A DNA stretch of 44,979 nucleotides, filler included, from Jimgerdemannia flammicorona (taxonomy: Eukaryota): assembly GCA_003990765.1 (NCBI GenBank). It is 2 parts of 2 records of this genome, joined end to end, with 100 filler letters (N's around TTAATTAATTAA, not from the genome) between each part and the next. Parts side by side here need not be neighbours in the genome. Positions count along the whole stretch, not along the records: positions 22,543 to 44,979 come from RBNJ01001283.1; 1 more part is not named here. One strand, written 5' to 3'. Below, piece by piece: positions 25,181 to 36,296 of this stretch (its first letter is position 1; each line of letters begins with the position of its first letter). The translations under genes were made by a program, and so were the position numbers. The notes under the pieces are model-generated. The model saw only the letters and a program-made list of their open reading frames with translations, was not told where the DNA came from and did no database searches.

Positions 25181-26163
25181 ATGGATCAAAACGTGCCAGC
25201 TCCCAAATTTGCCACCCACCTTCCTGCGCAGTTTGAAAACGTCAAAGCGTGCGTCTGATATTCCAAGTATACGTATATGGTACAACTTACGTCCCCAGAC
25301 CTGCTCATCGCATCATGACTCCCTCCCGTTACCCAACAGATATGTTTTTGATGTCTTTGGTACGCTGTTCGACTGGCGCTCCGCCGTTGTGAGAGAGTTC
25401 AAGTGTTTGGCGCGCGATGCTTCGAAAAGGGGTTCAAACACAGAGGCCATGTTGAGTGGAGTAAATTGGATGGAATTTACAGACGAATGGAGGAAAGGTA
25501 ATTTGGCGTTAGATGTTCAAGCACTTTTTTCCTGTGTATCAGAAGGATTCATCACTCGATCTCTCTTTACTTTATATCCCAGGTTACGGTCGTAACACTA
25601 AGGCCTTGGCCGCCAAACCAACCCCTTCGGACTCATTTCCTAAACTCGACGTTGTGCACCGGCAGATTCTTGACGACCTCATTATCTCGCACGGTCTCCA
25701 CGGCGTCTTCACTGAACTCGAGCTCACGCATGTGAACCTAGCATGGCATCGGCTAGACCCCTGGCCCGACGTTCCCCAGGGTCTGCGCATGCTCCAGCGC
25801 GGCTACATGACCTCGACACTCAGTAACGCCAGCGTTCGGTTGCTGGTCGATCTGGCAAGGTGGGGCGGGATCAGTTTCGATCTACTTATTTCGAGCGAGT
25901 TGTTTGGGACGTACAAGCCTAACCCCAGGGTTTACTTGAACGCGGCCGAGTTGTTAGATCTGAGACCGGAGGAGGTGTGTCTCGTGGCCGCGCATCGGTA
26001 TGACTTGGAGGCTGCGAAAGGGTGTGGGTATGCGACTGTGTATCTAAGGAGAAAGGGGGAGGATGATGGAGAGCCAGAGATCAACACGCCTAATGAGAAG
26101 ATTGATGTTGTGGTGGATGACTTGCAAGATCTTGCAGTTCTGTTAGGTTGTATGAATATATAA
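25181..26163 (+). CDS. Haloacid dehalogenase type II (HAD superfamily), 3 exons
   Basis: KA|YVFDVFGTLFDWRS motif I, AWHRLDPWPDV, TLSNA, YKPNPRVY and LVAAHRYDLEAAK. Confidence 0.93.
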
Positions 26164-27185
26164 ACTAGTACCGACTATGTGAACTACGGGAACGACGGGT
26201 ATTTTCCTATGATGCAACATTTAAGAATAAACCGAAGGTCGATTACTACTAGCTGCTTAGGACTGGCGTTTTCGGGATTGCTTTCATATAATAACAATAT
26301 CTATTTTGAAGCCCTGCATCCATTTGTTTGACCACGCCCAATTCAGGTCTTCGCATTGTGAGACAACCACAAGCCCTCATCTATAAAACCTTCAGAACAT
26401 GCCATCAAATGCGAAATCCGCCAATATGTATTCCGCGTAATTGTAATTTGTTACGACAGCTAATCGGCGAACAACGCGTAGCCTAGCACCGACGTCCCAG
26501 GTCGTGGAATCGAACAGTACATTCGATGCTAAGCCCATCGCTCCGTCTCGTGCCCGAATGAAACAGACTGAGGCGCAAGGCCACCCCAAGGAACCTATCA
26601 CCAAATCCTAGATCAAGTAGCAGCTCTGCCGGCCCAAAGAAACCTCATCGGCACTGGCTAATAAGGGGATTATTGCGCCAAATTGTCTACGTATAAGACG
26701 CATTCACTAATGGCATCTCCATCGAGCAAACAATTGCCGCCCTTACCTGACATTCAGCACAATCCAATAGCAATCGAGAAATTTCTTTTTCTTTTGATTC
26801 ATAATGGATGTCGAATACATCAAATATAACTACAAGTGATGAGTGAGGGTTCTCAATTGGTTGAAAAATATATTTTTTTAAAAGATTTCAATGAAATCCG
26901 CTCCAAATTCACTGAAAGCCATATTCAAGGTCACAAAGAAGCGATAACCCCATTTCAGCATTTTTAAACAATAGCAGTATTGTCATTATGCACTCAGAGT
27001 TCTCGATAAATTCCAAAAAAAAAATCACTGTACAAATGAGACACAGATGGATACGAAACCTCTTTTCTAATAATCGGCCTCTCCACCTTTGTTACCAACA
27101 GACAATGAATACTGAAGAAAAATCGTTGTTAATTCGACCACTTGTATCTCAAAATTCTATTCCCTGCCCATTCTTTGTCTTCCTC

Positions 27186-28173
27186 TCAATCATTTCTCGA
27201 TCCCCTCCTGCGGTTTTCCCCCCTTTCCAAGGTAAGCACTTCTGTATATACATTAATCAAATCCAGTGCCGCATTGGTCAACGCCGCCTCCTCGTCATCA
27301 GCCTCTCGGGCCCGCCATCGTTTGACGGAGTCTGGGAAGGCCTCGACGAGCTCGTTGACGGTTCTGAGGAACTGGGATGGGCCTTTGATGATCTACGCCC
27401 ACCATCGATAACCGAAAAAATCCTCGTGAACCTTCGCTCTACATTCAGAATGATCTACCACGCCTTCTCGGAGCTGATGCTATATCTGAACCCGCTAATA
27501 CATTCGTTTCGCCGAGCCACATTGCTATCGATCACAACGAAATACATCCGTCCTCGCGCCGTGATAAGAAACACCAATCGTCCGCTCCTTTCCCCGAGAC
27601 TGTCTCCGCTTCAACCGCCGTTTCTCCTGCGATAAATCAGGAAGATGTTGGACAACCTGCAGAGCCTGTCCCTCAGAAGCCAGTGACAAGTCGACTATCT
27701 TTGTGCCCCACTCGGGATCCGCGCACGTGCAGTTGGCGATGGGCCCACACCACCCGATAAACGAGCATGTCGAATCGTTCCTTCTGAAACATGAGGCTTT
27801 AGCGCTTCAAATCACGTGATGGCTTTGGAGTTTGTCTGTGTCTTCTAAAGAATGATCAGCACCAGATGCTTTGTTTCTAGCTTCACAATGACCAACCTCG
27901 GTCTCTATCTGACCAGTGTAAAGAAGAAATTCCACGATTTCCGGTGGTCTAGCGAGGTCTTCGTAGACATCTTCGGAGCTTGTGGTATTTGTGAGACTCC
28001 GAGAGTCGCCTTGATTGGGACCTTCAGTGGACGTCAAAGAATTGGCGGGGGTGCCGTTCGTCCTTGGATAAGGCCAAGACGACTGTAACATTTCGGTTGT
28101 TGTTCGCGCCAGTAACGGCTGGTTGTTTTTTCTTTCGTCTCAACCTCTTGAAGCAACGTACGAAGCGGCGCAT
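27186..28173 (-). CDS. Hypothetical multi-exon protein
   Basis: Manual GT-AG splicing gives MRRF|SSWPYPR...EIVEFLLYTGQIETE|KERFDMLVYRVVWAHRQLH|VVQHLPDL...RTD|IIKGPSQFLRTVNELVEAFPDSVKRW...RND*; no family recognised. Confidence 0.5.
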
Positions 28174-29488
28174 GGTTGAGTGTTGGGCGAAATGCACAAA
28201 AAAAAAAAAAAAAAGAGAGAGAGAGGAGAGTGGAGGGATAGAAAGGAGCTAGTAAGGGAACGATTCAGAAAATGGCAAGACACTGTCGATTGTTTTTGGA
28301 TCATTCACTTACTCTATCAACGCCTTTACGAATATATGGGTTAGCCGATGATGTCGTATTTTGAATACTTTCTCCGAAACCTTTCTCCTCTGTGATTTCA
28401 GAAACGAATGATAAAGTGTCTTTATAACCATGAGAGTTACGAATGTATCAATTTAATATGTCAATCATAAAGGCTTAAGATGAATAACACCAAGTGCGGC
28501 TTTTGGTTCTTCCCCCCGACTAGTCCTTCGCCCTTGCATGGTTCTCATTGACTTTATGACATTCTCTTATTGATGATTCATTAGTTCTCGCACGCAACGA
28601 TGGTTCATAATTGCATACGCACGACCATTTGTCTAAAGAGTCGCTGCGAACAATTTTTAAAGTGACATCATGCTGTAGGAAGAAGTTCAGATGGAAATGG
28701 AAAGCCACTTTACATCAAGTAGGAGTTCAGTGGCCCATGACGAGATCAAACTTTGCGTGTATATTAATCGACAGAATACGCAGATCCGATGAATATCCGG
28801 GACAGGATCGACTGTCCAATGTTCTTGATTGGATGTTGAAATATATAAAAAATACGGATTATTGCAAGCACAGAGGAAAGCGTTAAGTAGTCGAAATGAG
28901 TACGGCAATAATAGGCGCGCGCCATGTTCCAGACAAGACGCGCATGTGAGTATGGTTTGCATAACAATCTCAGATCCAAAAAGGGAATCCATTGCAAATC
29001 ACTCCTCCTTTCCACCATCTGCATTAACGTTTCCCCATTTGACCTTCCAGCAATGCTCTCTACACATCCACTTGACGTTTACGGCTCGGGCACGCAGAGA
29101 CATTTGTTTCCATAATAAGGACGCCGACAATGCAAAACTTGGGTGGGGGACTGCGGAGGCGGCGGCCGCAGCGGAGATATTGGGGACGATGGGCGTGAAC
29201 ATGGCGAGATAAGGAAGATGAGAGATTTCATTGCTGATGGCGGTGAGAGAAGATCAGCAAGAGGCTCTTGAAATCAACTGGGGAGGATATTAAGTCTCGC
29301 GAGTTGCTTGCCTTTCGTGTTTTTGCGTTTTTGACGACCTCAGCCCCGCTTCGCTCGCTGGATTTGGCATCGCTGGATTTGGCATCGCATCGCTTTGTTC
29401 TTGGTTCAGCAAACTATAGATCAAATAAGGACCTCACTTACATATGGGGCGTGCTGCAACAAAACCAGACAAAGTGAACATTTGCAAT

Positions 29489-30528
29489 TTAGGATGACGT
29501 TCTCTTTCTCTTTCTCCTTAGCGCTAGCATACAAATCACTATTAAGGTTATTCCTATGGAAACTAAGGTGTTTGGAATTAATCAAAGAGGAGATATTTTG
29601 CTTCGCTTAATTTCTGCTAATTCTTTTTCCAATTCAGCCTTTGGAGTTTTATTTCACTTTCAATAGTAAGCTTCCGGATCTTGTAATTTTTCTGCTATTC
29701 GTTCATTTTCAAAAGTACCGATCATTTGTCCTCCCTCAGGCACTCTCCCATCTCTTCCCCTTCACGCTTGTCACACATATCTAGGGAAAATAATTATTGT
29801 GAACTCAGTTTCACGATATTTAGCAGCTCAACTACGATCAACTTGTTTTTCTTCTCTCCATATTCTTTGGCCTATTTCATCTACTTCACTTATGATAGTG
29901 AAGTCATGAACGTTTAACTTATTTTCAAGTTCACTTATTACCTCCTGAAATAACTGTCCTACTTGAGCTCAAGTATTAGGATCCATAGCTTTGATATCAT
30001 TAGCTAAGTGGTTTTTAGTGGATAATACTATACATCCAGGATGGAGTTCATTATGTAACCTAGCAATCACTTCACCTTTTTCACCAATAACATTATCCGA
30101 ATTAGGTTGTAAAGCGTTTTGGCTTGTTCAGGAGTAGCTGGCACAAAAACGTGGTGTCCATAGCTTTTCTTGTATTTAGGAATTATGCAATGATAGAAAT
30201 GGTTTTTATTTTGAATACCAAGTTTTTCAGTGGGTATACTAATTTGATAGCCAACAAATCAATAAACTTTTTCAAGCTTATTAACATTATCTATAATTAC
30301 TGACAGTATGTTATTTCACTCTTATTGGTTCATTTCTTACATATCTTTAATATGTTGCTTAGTAGTAAGAACTGAATGACCTTTAGCATTCAGTCTAATT
30401 TCAGTATAAGAAAAGATACTTTCTCCTAGATCTGATACTCATGACTTAAGTATTCTATCTCAATGAGATTTAACTCTATCACAGAGAATGCAATCTTTTT
30501 TTCAATTATAATATCATGATTGATTTAT
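29489..30528 (-). pseudogene. Tandem HIT-domain membrane-anchored protein in genetic code 4 (TGA=Trp), probably of Mollicutes origin
   Basis: DCILCD...AKGHSVLTTKQHIKDM...GIQNKNHFYHCIIPKY, a second HIT-like repeat HPGCIVLSTKNH...IIIFPRY, then TM LIPNTLVSIGITLIVICMLAL followed by RRKRKR; 13 in-frame TGA, 1 TGG, 2 TAA, 1 frameshift; no introns. Confidence 0.8.
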
Positions 30529-30571
30529 AATAAAGTAATTTTTATAAGAAAAAAAACATTTATTTTTATTT

Positions 30572-32628
30572 TTACACTGATTTTAGGCAAGTGATATCTT
30601 TGAATTTATCCTGAAAAAATGAGTGAATATTGTGATAAAGGTATTTCTGGTGTTTTAATTCCATAGGAGGAGGTATTAGTATTGGAAATGATATAGCTTT
30701 GATGCTCTCTATGATGGAAGTTTCTGATTTACTAGTCTTCAGTAATTTGAATTCTTGGAAAGGACCATTTATGATTTCTTAGGCTTTGATCACTTCAGAA
30801 TTAGTACTGATAAAAAGAAAGTACTGAAACTTTTATATACCAGACAGCTTCTTGAAGTAAATTTTCAAACTACTCATAATGTCAAAGTATTAAAAACTAT
30901 CTCTATCATTATAATGCCAAGCTTTATTTAATCTAATGATACTAGACCTTTTTACCAAGTCTGTAATATGATCTACATAATCTACTATAGTTTTGTAATA
31001 AAGTCTTTTAATCAATCCAAAGCTACTATTATATTTGAATTTAATATAGTCTGGAACCATTAAGTTCAATTCAATACTTTTATAATAATTAATAATCATC
31101 AAATACAGATAAAACCAAAGAGTAGTATTATTTTTATTTTATCTACTTATATTATTATAAGTAATTTTCAAATACTTCTCATCTCTGTTTAATCACTTTA
31201 TTCTATTGAAAACCAGACTAAGTATATCATTCAAACCTTTTTTAAGAAGTTCATTCTTATTAAAAATATAATTAATTTATTCATAGACTACTTCATCTTA
31301 GATATCAAATAAATATATCTTGTGAGCACTAAGATAATATGTTTTATCAATCTGTTAATCTGAATAGAGAATATAAATATTTTGAGCTCAGTCATAACTA
31401 TAATGAGTCACTATATCAATGCTACAATATATCATCTCATCTTTTGCTATAATGATGAGATAATTTTGATCAACTAGCTTTCTCTATTCTTCTATCAGTT
31501 TGATATTCTTATTATAATAGTCTTACTCTAACTTAGTTTTGGCCAAATACTCTTTATATCTCTTTAATAGATCTTGGGCCTCTTTCTCTTTATGAGCTTT
31601 AAATTGTAAGTCATTCTACAAGTATTGATAAGTATTATATAAATTAGTTCTAGGGCTCATAATTTAGATATATAGAGTTAGCTAATATTATAATTTTCAA
31701 AATGTATTATATTTAAGTATACTCAGGTTGCTATCTTCCAGACCAGCTAAAAAGTTCCAGTGAATAGACTTGTAGTCCATTTCTACAAATAAAAAAGATA
31801 ATTGATTAAGTTATATAATTAATATTTCTGACTAAGTTAGATAATCTATAGACTTTAGCATAATTTGAGAGAAAATTCTTCACTATAGTAGTTATATTTT
31901 TATCAATAACTATTTTGGTTTTTCACTATAGTATTCTTTTTACATTACTATAGACCAGTAATAGAAGACTATTCTTGAGCAAGTGATTTTAAATATTTTT
32001 AAAATAATTATAGCTAATACTAAGTATATTGAGATAAGTTTTTTTTAGCAAATAGAAATATTATAATTCTAACAGTAGATAATTTTCTTATTGATACAAG
32101 TTTTGTTCTTGAGATGTCAACTAGTATTGATTACTTCCCCATTTATAAATCTGAGTTGAGTTATTAAAAAAATATTATTTCAGACTTGGAAAAAGCTTAA
32201 AAAGTCTTATGTATCTCAGCAAACTCTTTCTTGAAAATTTTGGAAGAGTAATCACAACCACAGCCTATTTTCAAGAACTTAATTGCTTTTTTATATTCAG
32301 TTATCATAATCATATAATATATTTTATATTCAGTTTGTCTGATTTTGGAAAATTTCTTCTATATAATATATTGAAAAATATATATGATTACTCCTATATA
32401 TCTCATTACTCTTCTGATACTTTTTTCTTTTTTTTTGATTCTTGATTTGAATTTTCCAATGCACATTTGATGACCTTTACTTCTTGATAAATCTCATAAA
32501 TTATTCTCTCTTTATCAATATTTTTTTATAACTTTTATATCAGATATTTTAAAGACATAGGGAGCAATTTTCTCACCTTGCTCCTTTTTCAAAATACTTC
32601 TAACAGTACTGTAGTTTCTAGGCTCCAT
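30572..32628 (-). pseudogene. Sola-like (DUF7869-type) DDD transposase remnant with a spliceosomal intron
   Basis: HYSYD*AQ, LKITYNNISR*NKNN (from DNCGGQNKNN), LNLMVPDYIKFKYNSSFGLIK (from GHTKF..D..FGL) and LSGI*KFQYFLF; GT-AG intron at ~31783-31853. Confidence 0.72.
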
Positions 32629-32850
32629 GGTGGACTTGATGTAAATTAGTTTCATACGTATTTTTATATGAGATCTCGTTAGCATTTTTTTTTTCTACAA
32701 CTTACTGAGAACGTTATTCCTCGAAACATGGTCACCACTTGTCCACACACACACAAACACACACATATACTGTATATATATATATATACATATTTCGACC
32801 TCTTCACAAAGGACAATATCTCTCTAAAGTCTATTTAAATAAAATGGGTT

Positions 32851-33001
32851 GTGCGGGTATACCCTTTCACTCCAGGCCGGTCCCCTTGCTGGGACACAGT
32901 CGCCCTTCGTGCTTAACAACCCCTTCACAATTTGGTGCGGGTATACCCTTTCACTCCAGGCCGGTCCCCTTGCTGGGACACAGTCGCCCTTCGTGCTTAA
33001 C
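32851..33001. repeat. Two identical 67-bp direct repeats (32851-32917 and 32935-33001) with a 17-bp spacer
   Basis: Exact duplication of GTGCGGGTATACCC...CTTCGTGCTTAAC. Confidence 0.97.
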
Positions 33002-33140
33002 CAAGTTGTGGTCAAGAAGAAAAATATTCAGTTCAAAAAGACATAATGGAGCCCATTCGCGACAGCAGCGAGAGGAAGAAAGGACTGCTATTTGTTTACT
33101 GCACATGACGTTGTCACTGATTTTTGGTTTACGCGTCTCT

Positions 33141-33383
33141 GGCCATATGGCCAATGGCTGGCCAGGGTGGCTCGGCCTTAAAATTTATGGATTGGCTAGT
33201 TGACCAAGTGGCCAAGCCTTATTTGGCTATTTTGATTTCCAAATTTTCCAAATTAAATAAATGCCATTTGATCAGTTGGCTGTAAATTTAAGGCCTAGAC
33301 AGGGTGGCTCGGCCTTAAATTTATGGATTGGCTAGCTGGCCAGGCTAAATTTAAGGCCAGTTGGCTGTAAATTTAACACTCTG
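33141..33383. repeat. Cluster of short direct and inverted repeats resembling a DNA-transposon terminus
   Basis: CAGGGTGGCTCGGCCTTAAA(A)TTTATGGATTGGCTAG at 33163 and 33300; CAGTTGGCTGTAAATTTAA at 33273 and 33358; ends ...AACACTCTG (CAGAGTG on minus). Confidence 0.65.
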
Positions 33384-33406
33384 AACACTCGTTTTACACA
33401 AACAGA

Positions 33407-35186
33407 ATGCGCGGCAAAAAGAACGACAACACCCTTGAACGCGAACAACTGAACTTGGATTGGATGAGCGCGAGCGATTCACCGATACCCATCGCATTTT
33501 TCCGATTCATTAATGCAGGGAATAAAAAGGCTGCATGGGAGAGCTACTCGAAGACCTTGATAGGGGCACTCGCAGCCGCTAAGGATGCCAACGACACCGA
33601 TGAAGTGAATAGGTTTCAGCAGACGCTGTCGAATTATAATGTACGCAATCACGTCTTACGATGCACGATAAAAAATATTCTTCAGTTGAGATTAACAGTT
33701 GGCTGGTTCTCCCTTTTCGCGATATGACTAGGACGGAAAATACAGCAAACATTGGCAAGAATGGACAACAGAAAAATCAACGGTAATACTTGAGCTTATA
33801 TGGTGAAAGAATACGGTGAAAGGAAAGTTACTCACATTGAAGCTTCGCACAGACCTCCATCGTGACAGGGATAACAGAAACTAACGTTAACGTCCACAAG
33901 AGGATTAACAGTAGAGTTTTTGAGAAAGTAAGTTTTTCTATAGAGTCGTTGATTTAGCCTTTTGCTCATTGAAAAGATTCATAATCGCTTTGCCCGTGAA
34001 GGACGACATCGACCAAGAGAACGAAGAAACGGTAAATATACGCAACAGTATATATACGCAACACTATCTTGGAGAGCATAATTCTGAGCTGATGTTTAGG
34101 TATTTCAGGCCGATGAGGATGACCAGCAAACATCAAGAGACGGCTCCCCTGGCTTCATTAAAAGGAGAAAAGTAGATCAGATCATAACGCCACACAAGCC
34201 GACTCTCACGCGACATATGTTTGACGCAGTATCTTCAACCGTAATTCCTGGGTTGAAATCCCTCAAATGTGTTCTTACGCCAAGGTACCAGGAGGTTGCA
34301 GATGAAGTTGGGCACCATGAGACAGAACAGAAGGGATTCTCTAGCTTGGGAGAAACTCTAACAAAGTGGTTGCGAGGAGTGTTGTTGGTATGTTTTTCAC
34401 GTTGTTGCTTATGATGGATACAGCGATGTCCCGCTAATATGCTATCCACACACTAGCCGTCGAGTCCAGGGCAGTTGTTTGAACCAGAACAATTGGCTGA
34501 ATATCTTGCGCAACCATTGCAAGGCGAGCGTATCACAGATAGAGATAAGAAATTGCGAGATGTGTTCGAAACAACGTTGAGAGAATTGTAAGTATTGCTC
34601 TTCACTATGTCATAAGCCTTTCTCCACATTTTGATGACATTCTTGCCTTCAGTTATATTATGATCAAGCATAGCCCGGGACTCAGTCTCCCCAGGCACAG
34701 TTCTGAGAGAAAGTTCCTCGTTGAGAGAGTGGCGACGCCTTTCAAACTCGTCGAATACGTATTTGGGCACGCCACAATTCATTGGTAAGCTTGGTTTGTA
34801 GTTAAAAAGGATGCGAGAGAGTGCTAACTTTGTGCTCTGATTAGGATTGAAAAAGAGATCATGTCGACCAAGGCAGTTGAATTCGTAGATGACCCGACTG
34901 GTGACATAACTTCTAAGAAAGCCGATGCGCTGGCCACAGATTTCGTATATAACGTAGATGTGATGAGCATGGAATCCTCAGGAGGGCCCCTGCAGCAGAA
35001 TCGCAAACACACGCTTGATGACTCAAACAAGATTATCCATACCGGCGTGGCTATTCTCCTCGCGTGTCTCCGTAAGAACCTCGGCGCTAGTATTGAAACG
35101 GCGAAGAATCTGAGGACGTACAACGTACAAATCATTGGTGCGTTTTTTTATCGACTTTGATGCCATATTTGATTAAAAATGATATT

Positions 35187-35251
<65 letters not shown>

Positions 35252-35583
35252 CCTCGCAGAGGATCGGATCACACTCACTGAGACATCACTCTACAAACCG
35301 CGAATCTGCAAGGTAGTCGAGGTCCGAAGCGCCGTCTTCCCGTTCGCGCTAACCTCCGTAGGAGAGTATATGCGTGTTTTCGAGCTAGTGTCGTATTATG
35401 TGGTATGTTTTTGTTTTTGTTTTGGTCTGACGCGTAGGATCAATCTTTCCAACCCTGACCTTTTTGTGCGCTTAGGACGGGTTGAACAGACGGCAGGAAG
35501 TTATGCGGAATATGTGTAATGAAGTTAATGGTCTTAAGGAGTTGACCTCAGAGAGCTTCCAAGATTGGTGGAATAGCGAATAA
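33407..35583 (+). CDS. Multi-exon protein with a C-terminal PD-(D/E)xK restriction-endonuclease-like domain (Mucoromycota-expanded, CR-effector REase-like)
   Basis: About 10 GT-AG exons; SERKFLVE...IHW|IEKE...KKADAL...MSMESSGG...HTLDDSNK...YNVQII|EDRITLTE...VEVRSAVFP; stop TAA at 35581-35583. Confidence 0.7.
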
Positions 35584-36296
35584 AACTTCAAAATTCGCTT
35601 GCCTGCTTGACAAAGTGAACATCTGTATGAATCCAAATCGAATATCTCCTTTATGATTAATTCCAGCCATCTTGGCTACGGCCGGGATAATAGCAATTTT
35701 ATTGAGGAAGCCAGCAAAAAGGTAAAAATATATAACGTCTTCAACCATAAAGTCACTTTGTCTGGTTTTGTTGCAGCACGCCCCATATATACTTACTATG
35801 AATACATTATTATGTCATTATGTAATATGTTTTGACAGACGGGGATCTTCGAGGAATCTCGGGGCCTCATATTTGACACGAACTCGGTGTGCACACAGCT
35901 CAAGATTATCACGGCCCGTGGCGCAGAGGGGCTGAGGGAAGATATGAAATATGAATATCAGAAAATCTGTTGCATTTTTCATTTCCTGCAAACAATACAG
36001 AATCGAAAGCAACCATTTGGTGCTGATAAAAATGAATTATCTGAACATGGCTAATAGCAACATGCACTCATATATGTCGGTACAGCATGAAAAATTACTA
36101 GTAAACTAGCATTGTGTTATCTGCACCACTATATTATGTGCGTTAGGTGTGGATTATATCTACGACGCGACTTCAATTCCTGCAAACTCATTTTATATTG
36201 CTGCATAAATCTCCCAGCAATCTCACATTCCCACACTACGAGAACATTGAGAAGCCAGTATCGCCTCGCTTCTACTCCTTCCACCCATTGCATGCC

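Larger units (their letters stand above)
29468..32743 (-). mobile_element. Decayed Sola-like DNA transposon carrying a cargo gene
   Basis: Transposase remnant plus HIT cargo between candidate imperfect 37-bp TIRs sharing GACAA-N24-ACGTTCTC; the interval matches the AT-rich block. Confidence 0.6.

Noticed and set aside
25181..26163. Haloacid dehalogenase as a recent bacterial transfer
   Set aside because: It has two spliceosomal introns and standard code, and the family is widespread in fungi.
32851..33001. CRISPR array, integron attC or 5S-derived SINE interpretation of the 67-bp repeat
   Set aside because: Only two long repeats with a 17-bp spacer and no cas genes; only one attC-like box; 5S similarity (GTTAAGC...GACC) is too patchy.
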